Shown piece after piece: positions 52,861 through 64,000 of a stretch of DNA of 64,000 bases. Positions within the stretch are counted from its first letter, which is position 1. Every line of letters starts with the position of its first letter. Source of the stretch: Eledone cirrhosa (Eukaryota); the NCBI GenBank assembly GCA_964016885.1, contig OZ024740.1, forward strand, positions 319,486,001 to 319,550,000. Reading direction: 5' to 3'. The translations under genes and the position numbers were made by a program. The notes under the pieces are model-generated. The model was not told where the DNA came from. It did not search any database and worked only from the letters and a program-made list of their open reading frames with translations.

Positions 52861-54314
52861 GTGTCATAGACAATACAATATGATTTTTTTTTTTTTTTGC
52901 TGTATTTATTTTACTTTTACACATTGATAAGGTCTAGATTTCTACAATAATATCTAAATCCATTAAAACCAAATATTATTGAATAACTTCTCTAGAGACC
53001 AATGGTTTCAAGCAACGGAGAGAATTGAAAATGAATGTTGATTAACGATGTTATTTTTTTGCATTCTGTTTTTTTTTTTTAAACGTAGTTGGAAACCCTA
53101 AAAGCTATCTAGTTTTGTGGAATTAAAAGTTTGAATAATAAAAAGAGAACCGGCATGTAAAAGAAAATCCTGGGAGACTGCTGAAATGTGAATGCTTCAA
53201 TTAATTTTTCCTAGGAAGATTTTACATTGGTCAGGATCAAGGCGTAATCGGATAGAGTTAAATGAAGCGTGATTTTGAGATATTTTTGCCTCAATCGTGT
53301 TTGCTATGTGACAGCTACAGAATTACATAATAAAACTTCCTGCCGGGAACAATCCATTCACTATTCGTTCTGAATATCTGGAGAATTAAAAAAATGGCTG
53401 AATAATTATTTATGGTTCTAAATACATAGTTTTTCCTTGGAATCAATCATGTCTTTTGTAGAAGTTAATAGAAATATATCCCTTCTACTTTAATATGACA
53501 GTTCGAATGTTGATATCTGTATCTGGTGATCTATAGTCATTGTCACTATGAAAATAGTGACTACATTTACAAACATCTATCATAAAAACGACATATAGTG
53601 AAATATTTCATATTCATATTTTATGGCAGATGTTAATATGCAGAACATTTACTTAATATACACCCAGATCTTGAGAAAGTGAAAAAAGCAATTTATATCA
53701 TTCAAAGAAAACGGTGGGAATTATGCAGATTGGAGATTTAATTAAATAATGGTTAACTTAAAATTGTACGATATATTTATACTTAAAAACTCTTCAATAC
53801 AGGAGAAGGGGTTAAATCTTGGATTGTATGCCCCTAAAATTGTGAGTTCAAAAATAAAATACAACTCTTCATCTAGATTAAACGTCAATTAAAATATTAA
53901 CAAACTTAATTGGAGTTCACAGAGAGCTTACCTCTTGCTCTACAATACTTGCTTTGATATAAAATATTTCTTCTCATTTTGATTGGTCATACTGCTAATA
54001 AAAAACTAGTTGGTTTTCACTTGTAAAGAGTTAGTGCGCGATGCTAAGCTCTTACCATTGAAATGACAAGAGCTCAGCCGTCGTACACTTTACAATATAT
54101 GTATATTTAAAGGCCCCCTTCGATCACCAATGACAATGGTTTTTGCCCCTAAAAAGTTTCCCTCATAGGCACAAGCCTGGGCAAGATTTGTTTGTGGTAG
54201 ACCAGCAGACGCCCATGCATACCAGTCTCCCCTCTCCAGGCCACCGATACAGCTTGTAATTAGTGACATCGGTACTCATTTCTACAGCTGAGTGAACTGG
54301 AGTAACGTGAAAAG

Positions 54315-55570
54315 CGTCCATCTTCTTCTATATCGGTGGCTGGTGCGGGTCTGTGGCTGCTTTACGGAATATAGGTATGCGCTGAAAAAGCCAGTCTAAT
54401 TCGCGAGGCTCATTGTTGCGAGTGGTTAACTCTGTCGCAACAGCAGTGAGTGCGGAGGAGTTTCGGGCACCTAGGACATCAGAAGTTTCCACCGCTGTAG
54501 GTTCAATGGTGCAACTAGGAAATCGACCGGCACTTCAACATGTGATCTTTAGCTTGTTGAGCAATGAAACCTGGATCTGTCGCTGAATTTCTCAGTTTAC
54601 TGCTGGAGAAAGTATCGATGCATGTCAAGTTCTAGATGGGGGTAGGAGCATAACAGCCTGGAACAAAACGATTGTGAAGCAATCTGAACGTTTGCTGTCT
54701 CATTAGTCTATCCCCACCAGTTCAAGCTGTGATAGGGATCCAATAATGTTCCCTTAATAATCTTATTGAGAGCGGCTAGACGTGAGAGGAGATCGGCACT
54801 GAGATGGCATGAGCGGATGAAGACCGAAACAATCTCTCATTGGTCCGCAACAGCATTTGTGTTGCTCGTAGAGACTGACCCACAGTACGGAGATAATACG
54901 GAGACAGTCGCTGTCTAACTGAGTACCAGTTGACCATGAGAATATAGCATTCAGTCAAGTACCACTATGTGATTGGGAGAAAGACTGGAAACATACCAGA
55001 CGGCGCTGGTCAAATAGGTGCGCAACGCTATCTGAAGCTTTGTCGCACTCGATTGTGTTGAGGAGATTAAACATTCACACAATGCAGGTCAAGTCGACTC
55101 CAAGTCACATAAGCCACATAGAGTTGCCTGATCATAGTAAGCTCTAATGTGTGATGGAGAACCTTGTGGACATGAGACAGACTGGAGCCCGGGAGCGAAG
55201 GAAATACCGACAATACCAATGAAATTGGACACTGAACACCTACGTCATTGTATATGACAGGTAAGATTGTCTGTTGTCATCTGGTGTCATAGACCTAGAC
55301 GTTACATATCTCCTCGGCGTCACGCCGGATGTAGATATCAAGATCAGTGAGATAAGGTGCATGACAGTAACAGGGGTACTGTGGAAGGTTTTAAAAAAAA
55401 AGAATCCTTCGGCAAGTCGAAGCAGTTCCTCAACAGACAGAGACCCGGAAGCACATCAATCAGATGCAGTCTGTCTTATAGTCTCGAGTGGATGACACGC
55501 GAACTTGAGGGTGGATCGGATTGCAGGTTGGGGGGGTCGAAGAACTAAGGATGAGAACATCTTCCTTTGG
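54315..55570 (-). mobile_element. Heavily decayed CRE-clade LINE fragment
   Basis: Minus strand shows CIDTFSSSKLRNSATDPG (compare TCTDTFCSRNLKQSATDPG in the 1-2825 copy) and NCFDLPK (compare NCFAIPK). Confidence 0.7.
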
Positions 55571-55964
55571 TCGTCATTTGCTTCTTTCGGAATATCGATC
55601 TCAAATTCACAATAAAGGCCTTGAAACCCTCTTTGTAATAATTAACATTCAGAGAATACTTCTACAAATTAGATAGTGTTACACATTTCAAATTTCTATC
55701 CGACTATATTACAGAAACTTATAAAACGTCCCAACAATTAAAACCTCAGGCGTGTATACCTAAGTGTAGAAATCCACCTTATATACAAATCAAATATTCC
55801 TTTAAAGAAACATAAAGCCAAATTCTTGTCTAATCTTATATATAATCTTTAATAAACGTCACCAAAATTGATTCAAGTCCATAAGACATATGGTATTAGG
55901 AACACAATGATATTATCTCAGTGGGACTGTAACTAAGTATTCTACAGAAATTATGTGTGGCATG

Positions 55965-56216
55965 TCATGGGAAGTGATTAGCACTGAGGGTAAATGACAG
56001 TGAATGAAAACCACCGAAACAATTTATAATGAAACGGTAACGGTATTTGTGATGCTTGCAGATCCGGAGGGATGCCGAGGGTATGACGTTCAGCCAGGCA
56101 CCATTATGTGGTTGGGAGGTAGAGCGGAAACATGCCAGACGGTGCTGGTTAAATAGAGGCACAAGGCCATCCGGAGCCTTGTCGCACTGGATGGAATTAA
56201 GAGTCTGGTAAGACAT
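55965..56216 (-). mobile_element. CRE-clade LINE fragment
   Basis: QHRLACFRSTSQPHNGAWLNVIPS matches QHRLACFRAASKPYSYAWLHALPS of ORF 49-1209. Confidence 0.75.
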
Positions 56217-56715
56217 TCATTGCTATCTACGATACCATACCAGCATTCAGACAAATACCACGAAAACGCCTTTGTTTTATGGTATCACTTTTTATGTCGA
56301 AAAAGAAAGCGCGAAATATTTGACGTTTCCATAGAGAGCTTCGGTGATGCAGAATGTTGCACACCTGTACGCCTATACACGCCTATACATTCTATATACT
56401 CTAAATATAAAAGTAAAATAACTTAACAGTATTCCAAATCATGAAGGATCACAGCATGAACAAGCTTAGAAAGATCTGCTTAGCATACTTAAAGGATTTA
56501 ATTTAAGAGTAAGCATTAGCATTAACCTTAGAGTCGTCAATTTTATAGACATAATAAGAAACCTAACATATTCTGCCCCTATTAAAAAAGTCCATCTCAT
56601 TTTCTCTTCAGTCAACATCCTGTGCAGATTGAAGCCAAACATTAACCGTATTAATCTCATCAGCTCGGAAAAACATGGGAAAGATAGGCGCACACATCCC
56701 TCTCCTTAGATAAGG

Positions 56716-56914
56716 ATTTCTATTTTAGGCACAAGGCCAGCAATTTGGGGAAAGGGGAAAGTCGATTAAATCGACCCCCAGTGCTTTATTTTATCGATCC
56801 CGTCAGGATGAAAGGCAAAGCTAATCTCGGCGGGATTTGAGCTCAGAACGTAAAGGGCCGTAACTCTATGCTGCAAAACATAGTGACTGACGCTCTACCG
56901 ATTCTGCCAATCCA
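56716..56914 (-). mobile_element. SINE family 1
   Basis: Matches the family consensus. Confidence 0.8.
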
Positions 56915-57629
56915 CAACCCTCCTCTCCTCAAATGATGAAAATAAACTATTTACTCCTAAATATTTAAAGGTCATATAGGTTGAGTAGATTATCAGTGAT
57001 TCTTTTAAACAAGGATGAATATCGTATTTAATTTAGGGACAAAACATTTAAATATTTGTAGGGACTCTTATGAAAACAACAATAATTTAATCTCCATCTA
57101 AACCGTCATAAATAATTCCATTTAAATGAATTAACTAACTATTTAATAACGTTTAGAGCGATCGGTATTCGTTATAAATCAATTAAAGTTGCTTTTCTTT
57201 CTGTTAGTGATGCTGGTGTAACTTCCCAGTCTTTTTATACGAAGATAATATTTGTTATGTTATTGTTACTGAATTAATAAGATTCTCCGGGAAAGGATGG
57301 AAAAGAGTTATTCTCAAGTCGGAGACTTTGCCAGAATGCTTACCACAAAAGAAATCTTTGGGCCAGATAGTGCTGGATTACGTCTAATTTGTTTATTATC
57401 GTATACAGTAGCATGATATGTAAAAGTAAAGTTAACCACTGCGGGATTTGAATTCAGAGATCAGTGAGCCGAAACCAATTCTCTGTCACAATAACACGGA
57501 GGTTACTAACATTGAAATGTGTGCGACAGTACATAGACTGCTATACATTCAAATAGAGTTTTAGATGATTTACTATTTAGGTCGTTTTAAACCAGCTGGT
57601 GATCTTTTGTCTTTTTTTTTAGCACCAGA

Positions 57630-57990
57630 ATCTCAATCCTTAATAGTTTGCCCACTGGGATGCAACATGCTGTGACAAGTTCTCTGCCTCCAACTTAGTT
57701 GCCTCGACCATAAACCTCGATACCACGGCCCAAAATGCAGAGGACAGGAAGACAAGCAAATACCGCAGCTTGTTCGGCCACTTTCTCTTTGTACGGGTCG
57801 CCGTCGACACATAAGGTGTCATCGGACTCTGGACAGCTGAGCTCATCCGTAAAATCGGATCGATAGCAGCCCGTTTGAGAAAGGTGCCCCGGGAGGTGGG
57901 GTGACTGTTATAGCGTGTGTTGCTGCCCACTGTCCGCGGAAATGCCTTTGCTATTTTGTCCGCGAGGCGCAGCCGAAACACCACTGACGT
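57630..57990 (+). mobile_element. CRE-clade LINE 3' end (RLE C-terminus)
   Basis: The plus strand reads WDATCCDKFSASN...AEDRKTSKYRSL...VAVDT*GVIG...PRE...RGNAFAIL. Confidence 0.8.
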
Positions 57991-58498
57991 AGGTGTAAAA
58001 TATTACCCTCCCCCCTTCCCCTTTCTTACTTTGTCTTGTAGTCCTTGTTCTTCTCTCCCCTTGCGCTCATTTATGGCATTTATAGTACTTTCCAATACTG
58101 CTCTATTTTTCTGTAAGTTTAACCAAATTAATATATAAATTTATTTTTTGTCCATGGGATGCAATAACGTTGTTATTTAACTGCAGGTCAGCTCTGACTG
58201 AACAGACCTGTGGTTATAAAGCATTACAGTCATAACCATCCTATATTTGTTTTCAGATACATTGTACCTAAGATCAAATTAGCCAATGAATCCTTTTATT
58301 AAGATTGCAGGCTGTGGTTTGGGAAGAAATGTGTCTGATTTTTCTAACAGGTTAAGTGACAATACAAAGGTTCTTCTCTTCGCTCGGGTGTTTGAAAGAG
58401 TACTTCAGTGTGGTAGGTAGTCTTAGAGTATTAATAAAACAGCAGAACCAATAATATATCAGTGATGAGACCATCTCTCATTATTTTCTCTTTTCAAG

Positions 58499-58712
58499 GT
58501 GGTGGATTGTCAGAATCATTAGAGTGTCGGATAAAATGCTTTTTTGGCGTTTAGTTACGAATATTTACCTTCTGAGGTCAAATCCTGCCGTGGTCAATTT
58601 TATCTTTCATCCTTCTGATAGATAAAATAATGTACCAGTCACGTATTGGTGTCGATATAATTGATTTTCCACGCCCCTAAAAATTGCCGGCCTTCTGCCT
58701 TAATTAGAAACC
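58499..58712 (+). mobile_element. SINE family 1 (diverged)
   Basis: Matches the family consensus. Confidence 0.7.
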
Positions 58713-59259
58713 GTTTTCGTTTTTGGAAATTCGACTATTGCTGTGAGTCTCTCAATAAAATTAGAAAGTGTTCAATAAATTATAACTAATGGATTCCCTT
58801 ATATGGAAATACATCGAATGTTGTTGAATTGGTATGTGGACCTTCACCACGTTAAAGTTCTTTCTGGGAACATTCGTTTCAACTATGAACCATGAACCTC
58901 TATTGGTTATAGTTTCATATGATTACATGAATTAAACATCCACTTGTTGAAAAGCTCCAGAAGATTTACAGAACACCGGGAGGTAATTGCAAGCCCTATT
59001 TGGTAATTAAATGAAGTTCCCATATGTAATTTGTTAGGTCAACTTCATGAATTCATTGTGACGTGGAGATCTTGTTTGTTGTTAGTTTCAATGCCTTTAT
59101 AATTTCAAGTTAGCTATTCTAGATGTAATCTATTTTCTCGGACATTAGACTGACTCTACTCTTCTTTAATTCGTCATTACTGTAGACAGATTTCGTTAGG
59201 GTTTGAATATGGCTGCCTCTACGCTTTCGTAACATTACCCTTATATAGATGGGAAAGGG

Positions 59260-59311
59260 CAAAAGAAAAAGAAAAAGAAAAAGAAAAAGAAAAAGAAAAA
59301 GAAAAAGAAAA
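59260..59311 (+). repeat. (GAAAAA)n hexamer repeat
   Basis: Directly visible. Confidence 0.95.
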
Positions 59312-61280
59312 GTTACAACATGCTGAAGTGCTATGTTATCTATTAAAAAACAAAATCCTTATAGTCAACTCTGAATGAGATAATCACAAGAGACCTTTAC
59401 AATCTGTATGTTAATGCGAAAAGTCAAATTTAATTCTATTTCTTTCTATCATTATCTATTATTATTTTCTTATCGTTTCTCTCAATTTTCGGTGGTGTTC
59501 TGTTTTTCAATAGCCATATGTGTTTGACGTCTTTTAGTATCTTCAGAGCAGTGTTTTATTGCGATAAAGTAAAAAATAAAAATGAAAATAAAAATCAAAA
59601 AAAAACTGCAAGACGTAGCAAACAAACTTATTTTATTTTATTTTATTTTATTTTTCATTTGCATTGGCAGTTGAGGGTAATGTGAGAATATGCACTATTC
59701 TGCATATTATTTTTCTCTTTTAAATATCAGATTGATATATTTGAATACTGCTGTACAGCTGGATGTCTGAGTTACAGCCGTACCCTTACAAATTCAAGTT
59801 AAGGTTAAGAGTAGTTAGTTTGTTATTTGTAATCAAGTTATTTTTATGTGCAGAGTAGGTCAATGACCCAGTCGAATTTCTTTGCTTCATCTTTTAAGCA
59901 GTTACAGTTGTGCCAACTAATTCTCAGTCTGCTCTAGATAACTGTTGAATTAGAATTCCATGCCTACTGTGAGTATTTGTCAACTTACTACAGCACTCTC
60001 GTAGGTTATTTACTGCTTTTATAGGATAACTATCAAATAATTGCCAGTTAGTAATCTTATCTGTGTGTAATCTATAGCAAGTCTATAACATTCATTTCAA
60101 TCTAAGCTGTTTACTTGTCATCGATGTCTGTAACAGATCTGCAAGCGCCTAGCTAACATGTCGAAGGTTAGTCATGCAGGTTAAAAGCAAAACAAACACC
60201 CAGCTGTAACTGTGCAAATATAGAGAAAAACAAACCTAGTACTGCAATACTGTACAGGAAAGAAAATACGTTAGAGTTAAGTATGTTAAATATAAACATT
60301 AGTTATATGTTGCGTTTCAGTCTACTCTCCAGAATCAGCAAAATAAATATTAATAATATATTTCCCAAACTGCGATATGGGATGGGATGATACATTCTGC
60401 ATGGCTCCCTCCCTGAAAAACACTCCTACCCTACAAACATTCTCTTAGTATTAAAATTAAAAAAACGTTTATCTACATATAATCATTGCAGAAGTATTCC
60501 ACGGACAACTTGAATCCAGTAAGCGTCTCGGAATGTGTACTATGAAGCAATGCCGTCTAAGTACTGATGTACTGAACATATATATAAATAAGAGTTCATA
60601 GATTGATATCGAACATGGTAATTAAGCTCTGGTAAAGGCGCCATCTTTATTTTTCAGATCACTGATGTAAGAGCTTGTAACTGACCTATAGAGAGCTCTT
60701 TTATAATGTTTAGATAACCTCTGATTTTGGAATCACCACTAAGACAAAGTAATATGAGATACCACAAAGGAATGTAATATTATAAACATAACACGTTGGG
60801 TCTCTTATATTTAGTTTAGTAACAGATGCATGATATATATATATGTGTTTGTGAAAGCACGAGTCTATGTGTACAGTTAAAAATCTAAATAGACTGGAAA
60901 CAACATAAACTATATATACAGATATTAAAATATTATTTTAATATATGTACATATAGATTATGTTGTTTGGAGTATGTTTAGATATTTCACTTTAAATGTG
61001 TTTTAATTAGCTCTATTGCAAAATATTAAGTACTCCCGTGTTGTATACATATATGTATGCATATTTTACGTATGTATTTATGTATATATGTATATATGTA
61101 TGTGCGTATGTACGTATGTATATGTATGTGTGCGTATGTGTGTGTGTGTGTGCGTATGTGTGTGTGGACCCGTAACTCCTGAAGGAGTCGTCGTAGGGGC
61201 GCCAACTTGACATTGTCTTGGGACTTTTAAACCTGGCAGAACCCATCCACTCTGCAGGTTTGAAGATTTCTCATAGATAA

Positions 61281-61312
<32 letters not shown>

Positions 61313-61649
61313 GGGCGAGAAAGAGTGAGAGAGTGAGAGAACGAGAAGAGGTAGTGAGAGACAGAGACAGACAGATGTAGAATTGACCAGAAAGCCAGAA
61401 AGTATACCACAAAGTCTTCTATCCGCCATTCTATCGCCTTTGCCAATTCGCAGCTTTATACAAACGTGATATTATCATTCAAATATCAATAAGATATTGC
61501 ATGATTTGGAAGCAAACGTTTTAATCATTCGGCCATACTACGCCTAGTAACTGCTGGTATGCATTGGTTTATGATTTTATTGTTGAAGCAGACGATTTGG
61601 TTTGATATCGTAACAACTATCAAAGCTGTCAGTCTGATGTGGAGGGTCT

Positions 61650-61815
61650 GATGGCAGTATCTGTAGAGGGTCGGACACCATGCTTTTCAGCAAAGAGTTA
61701 CGGCCCTTTATAGTCTGAGTTCAAATCCCGCCGAGGTTAACTTTGCCTTTCATCCTTTCGGGGTCGATAAAATAAAGTAGCAGTAATGCACTGGGATAAT
61801 TGCCAAAAGTAGAAA
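61650..61815 (+). mobile_element. SINE family 1
   Basis: Matches the family consensus. Confidence 0.8.
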
Positions 61816-62824
61816 TAATTAATATTCCATTTTAATATTCTATCTCTTGTTCATCCGCCATCACGCTTATTATTGGTTGAACGGATGCGGTATAGTTAAT
61901 TCCTTAACTAATTTCTAGGTTTTGACCCGCTTCGTGGCATCCGAGGCAGGTATCAGTTTAACGTAGACTTTGGTTGATCCAAGCTCTGTAAGTGGAGTTG
62001 GGTGTCAGAAACTGTTAGGAAGCCCCTCGAATGGATTGTACTTATAATTCACATTGATTTTCTTTGAGTTGAGAATTACATTAAGGCTACACGTGCCTGT
62101 GGAATGCTCAGCCGCTCGTTAATGTAAAGAATACGAAATTCTATTGACCGAACAACTGGAACACTACACATTTCAACTAAAAAATTCAACTTATATTTTG
62201 TTCACTTTTAATATATACATGTATGTGTGTGTGTATGTATATGTGTGTGTGTATGTGTGTATATGTATGTACGTATGTGTGTATATATGTATGTGTGTAT
62301 GTGTGTGCATGTATGTCTGTGTATGTGTGTATGTATGTGTGCATCTTTGTTTCTATATGATTATAAAACGAGATATAACTACGAGCCAGCCCTCCGATAC
62401 AATTTCCCCAATATCTGTTGTGGGATGTTACAGATACTTACGATGGGAAGAAAATATATCACACGATGGAACTTGTAATAAGGAACATATAACTAGGTAA
62501 TGTAACACCCTGATAAGATATAACACGATTCTTAGAACACTCTGCTTACAATAATAAATTGATATTCCGCAATATAGATATTATAAAACAGTAATGAAAC
62601 CAACATTTGAGCTACTCAGTTGAGCGGTAGATGATATCTGAACCTTTGTTGTTAAAACTAGAAAAATTACCAACACCAGAAACTCTCACACGAACAGATA
62701 CAGGGAACGACTCTAACTAAAAGGAAAACAAAGAGGCTAAGATTTATCATCGGTTCATATCCTTTTGACAAGATCTACTAATAACTAAATGTCGAATTAC
62801 ATCAATAGATCAAGTATATATATA

Positions 62825-62990
62825 CAGGGTATCCCAAAAATATATGCACACTTTGATTACTTGTACAGGCAATATTTATCCCCAAAATGTATACACGCTT
62901 TGAATACCAGTACAGGAAATATTTATTAGAATTGTAATTCTATTTATTAGAATGCTGTTGAAGTGTGTATACATTTTTGAGGGACATCCT
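62825..62990. mobile_element. Tc1/mariner-type MITE with TA flanks
   Basis: TA|CAGGGTATCCCAAAAATATATGCACACTT ... AAGTGTGTATACATTTTTGAGGGACATCCT|ATA. Confidence 0.7.
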
Positions 62991-62999
62991 ATATATACA

Positions 63000-63380
63000 A
63001 CATATAAGATCAAGAAACCTGGAAAGGAGCTCACCAAGAAGTATTGGCTGACTGGTGTCCAGAGACAGATATTGTTCATTGCACATCTCTAGGTTAACAT
63101 GGAGAAAAATACATATTAGAAGGCTTCAAAGTGATAGGAACATAAATAACCAATGTAGTCTATATTACATAACAACCGTGATATCAGCTCATACTTTGAA
63201 GGTTATGATTTTTCAATTTAAGGACACGAAATAAGGATGAAATTACTTGATCCGCAAAAAGGGATAATAAACCAGGTAAATCATCTAGATACGACAACCG
63301 ATGGAGACTTTGTGGAATAAGCTCTGACGATGTCACTTAATACCCGATGAAACATCTACTTATATAACACCTCACCACCT
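63000..63380 (+). mobile_element. Very decayed Penelope-like 3' end with a hammerhead-like motif
   Basis: ATAAGCT-CTGACGA-tgtc...gat-GAAAC-atcta-CTTAT at about 63318-63363. Upstream degenerate LDTT motif. Confidence 0.4.
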
Positions 63381-64000
63381 GCTACCCGTCACCCCAACCT
63401 ACCCAACTACACTATTTCCCAATTCTCAGTCTGCGGTGTTCTTTCACACAATGGCTTCCCTGATTCTCGCTAGCAAAAGAACAATGTTTCATATTTCGCC
63501 TTGGCTACTCCTCTCTCTTAGGTATAGACACCGCGGTTATGTTCACATTGCTGTACCCTATCACATCACATTCTACCATTTCATTTCGTACCCTACCATA
63601 ATACATCACACACATATACGTCACACTATACAAATATACTAATACTACATATCCATACATCCGCCTAAACTGAAGATATCACACGCACATACCTTCGCAC
63701 AAAAACATAGTTACACATTTTAGACATGCCCACACATAATCGTAACTCTACAAACATAAATATCTACACATAAACCTCTTCTGTTAGACAGATAGGTAGC
63801 AGCTTGTACAATTATACATACATACACCAATTTTACATGCCCTCCAACTTCCTCTCTTCCTTTTCTCTTTTCTCCTGTCCTCTTTCCTCCTCATCTTTCC
63901 TTTACCTCCTCTCTCTCTCATTCTTTCTCCCTCTCACTCCATATTCATATGGCAACTTAGTTCTCCATTTTTGTAGGATGTAGGCAGCGGAGACGTTTGT

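Noticed and set aside
52715-52924. Possible host exon GKYVEHDIVYKDNE...
   Set aside because: No recognisable protein or convincing donor site. The (GAT)n-like tail is more consistent with a LINE 3' remnant.
57640-57984. 114-aa minus-strand ORF in a GC-rich island with an apparent splice acceptor at 57622
   Set aside because: The plus strand is a stop-containing CRE RLE C-terminus, and the ORF is its antisense shadow.
63960-64000. Polypyrimidine tract plus TAG as a splice acceptor at the window end
   Set aside because: Only about 24 nt of putative exon are visible, so it cannot be supported.

Overview
AT-rich, microsatellite-dense eukaryotic DNA with no recognisable host protein-coding exon. 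The repeat landscape (many (TA)n/(CA)n/(CT)n tracts and two abundant tRNA-like SINE families) resembles an octopus/cephalopod genome; that assignment is inference. The window is a nest of mostly decayed transposons. These include CRE-clade RLE LINEs (a large PHD-RT-RLE copy at 1-2825 plus fragments), a CR1-like LINE, a near full-length Tx1/L1-like LINE sitting in a (TTA)n tract, RTE and R4-like fragments, at least five Penelope-like (RT/GIY-YIG) remnants, two copies of a non-autonomous Helitron, hAT and Tc1/mariner MITEs, and several minisatellites. The most notable signal is a set of about ten short, non-coding, sequence-diverse inserts lodged in (TA)n/(CA)n tracts between about 6.2 and 22.8 kb. 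Many are long hairpins carrying minimal type I hammerhead ribozyme motifs, some with intact cores, and are followed by a structurally conserved TACTC...GAGTR hairpin. Most ORFs in the supplied track are microsatellite artefacts. All calls come from manual reading; coordinates of decayed elements are approximate.
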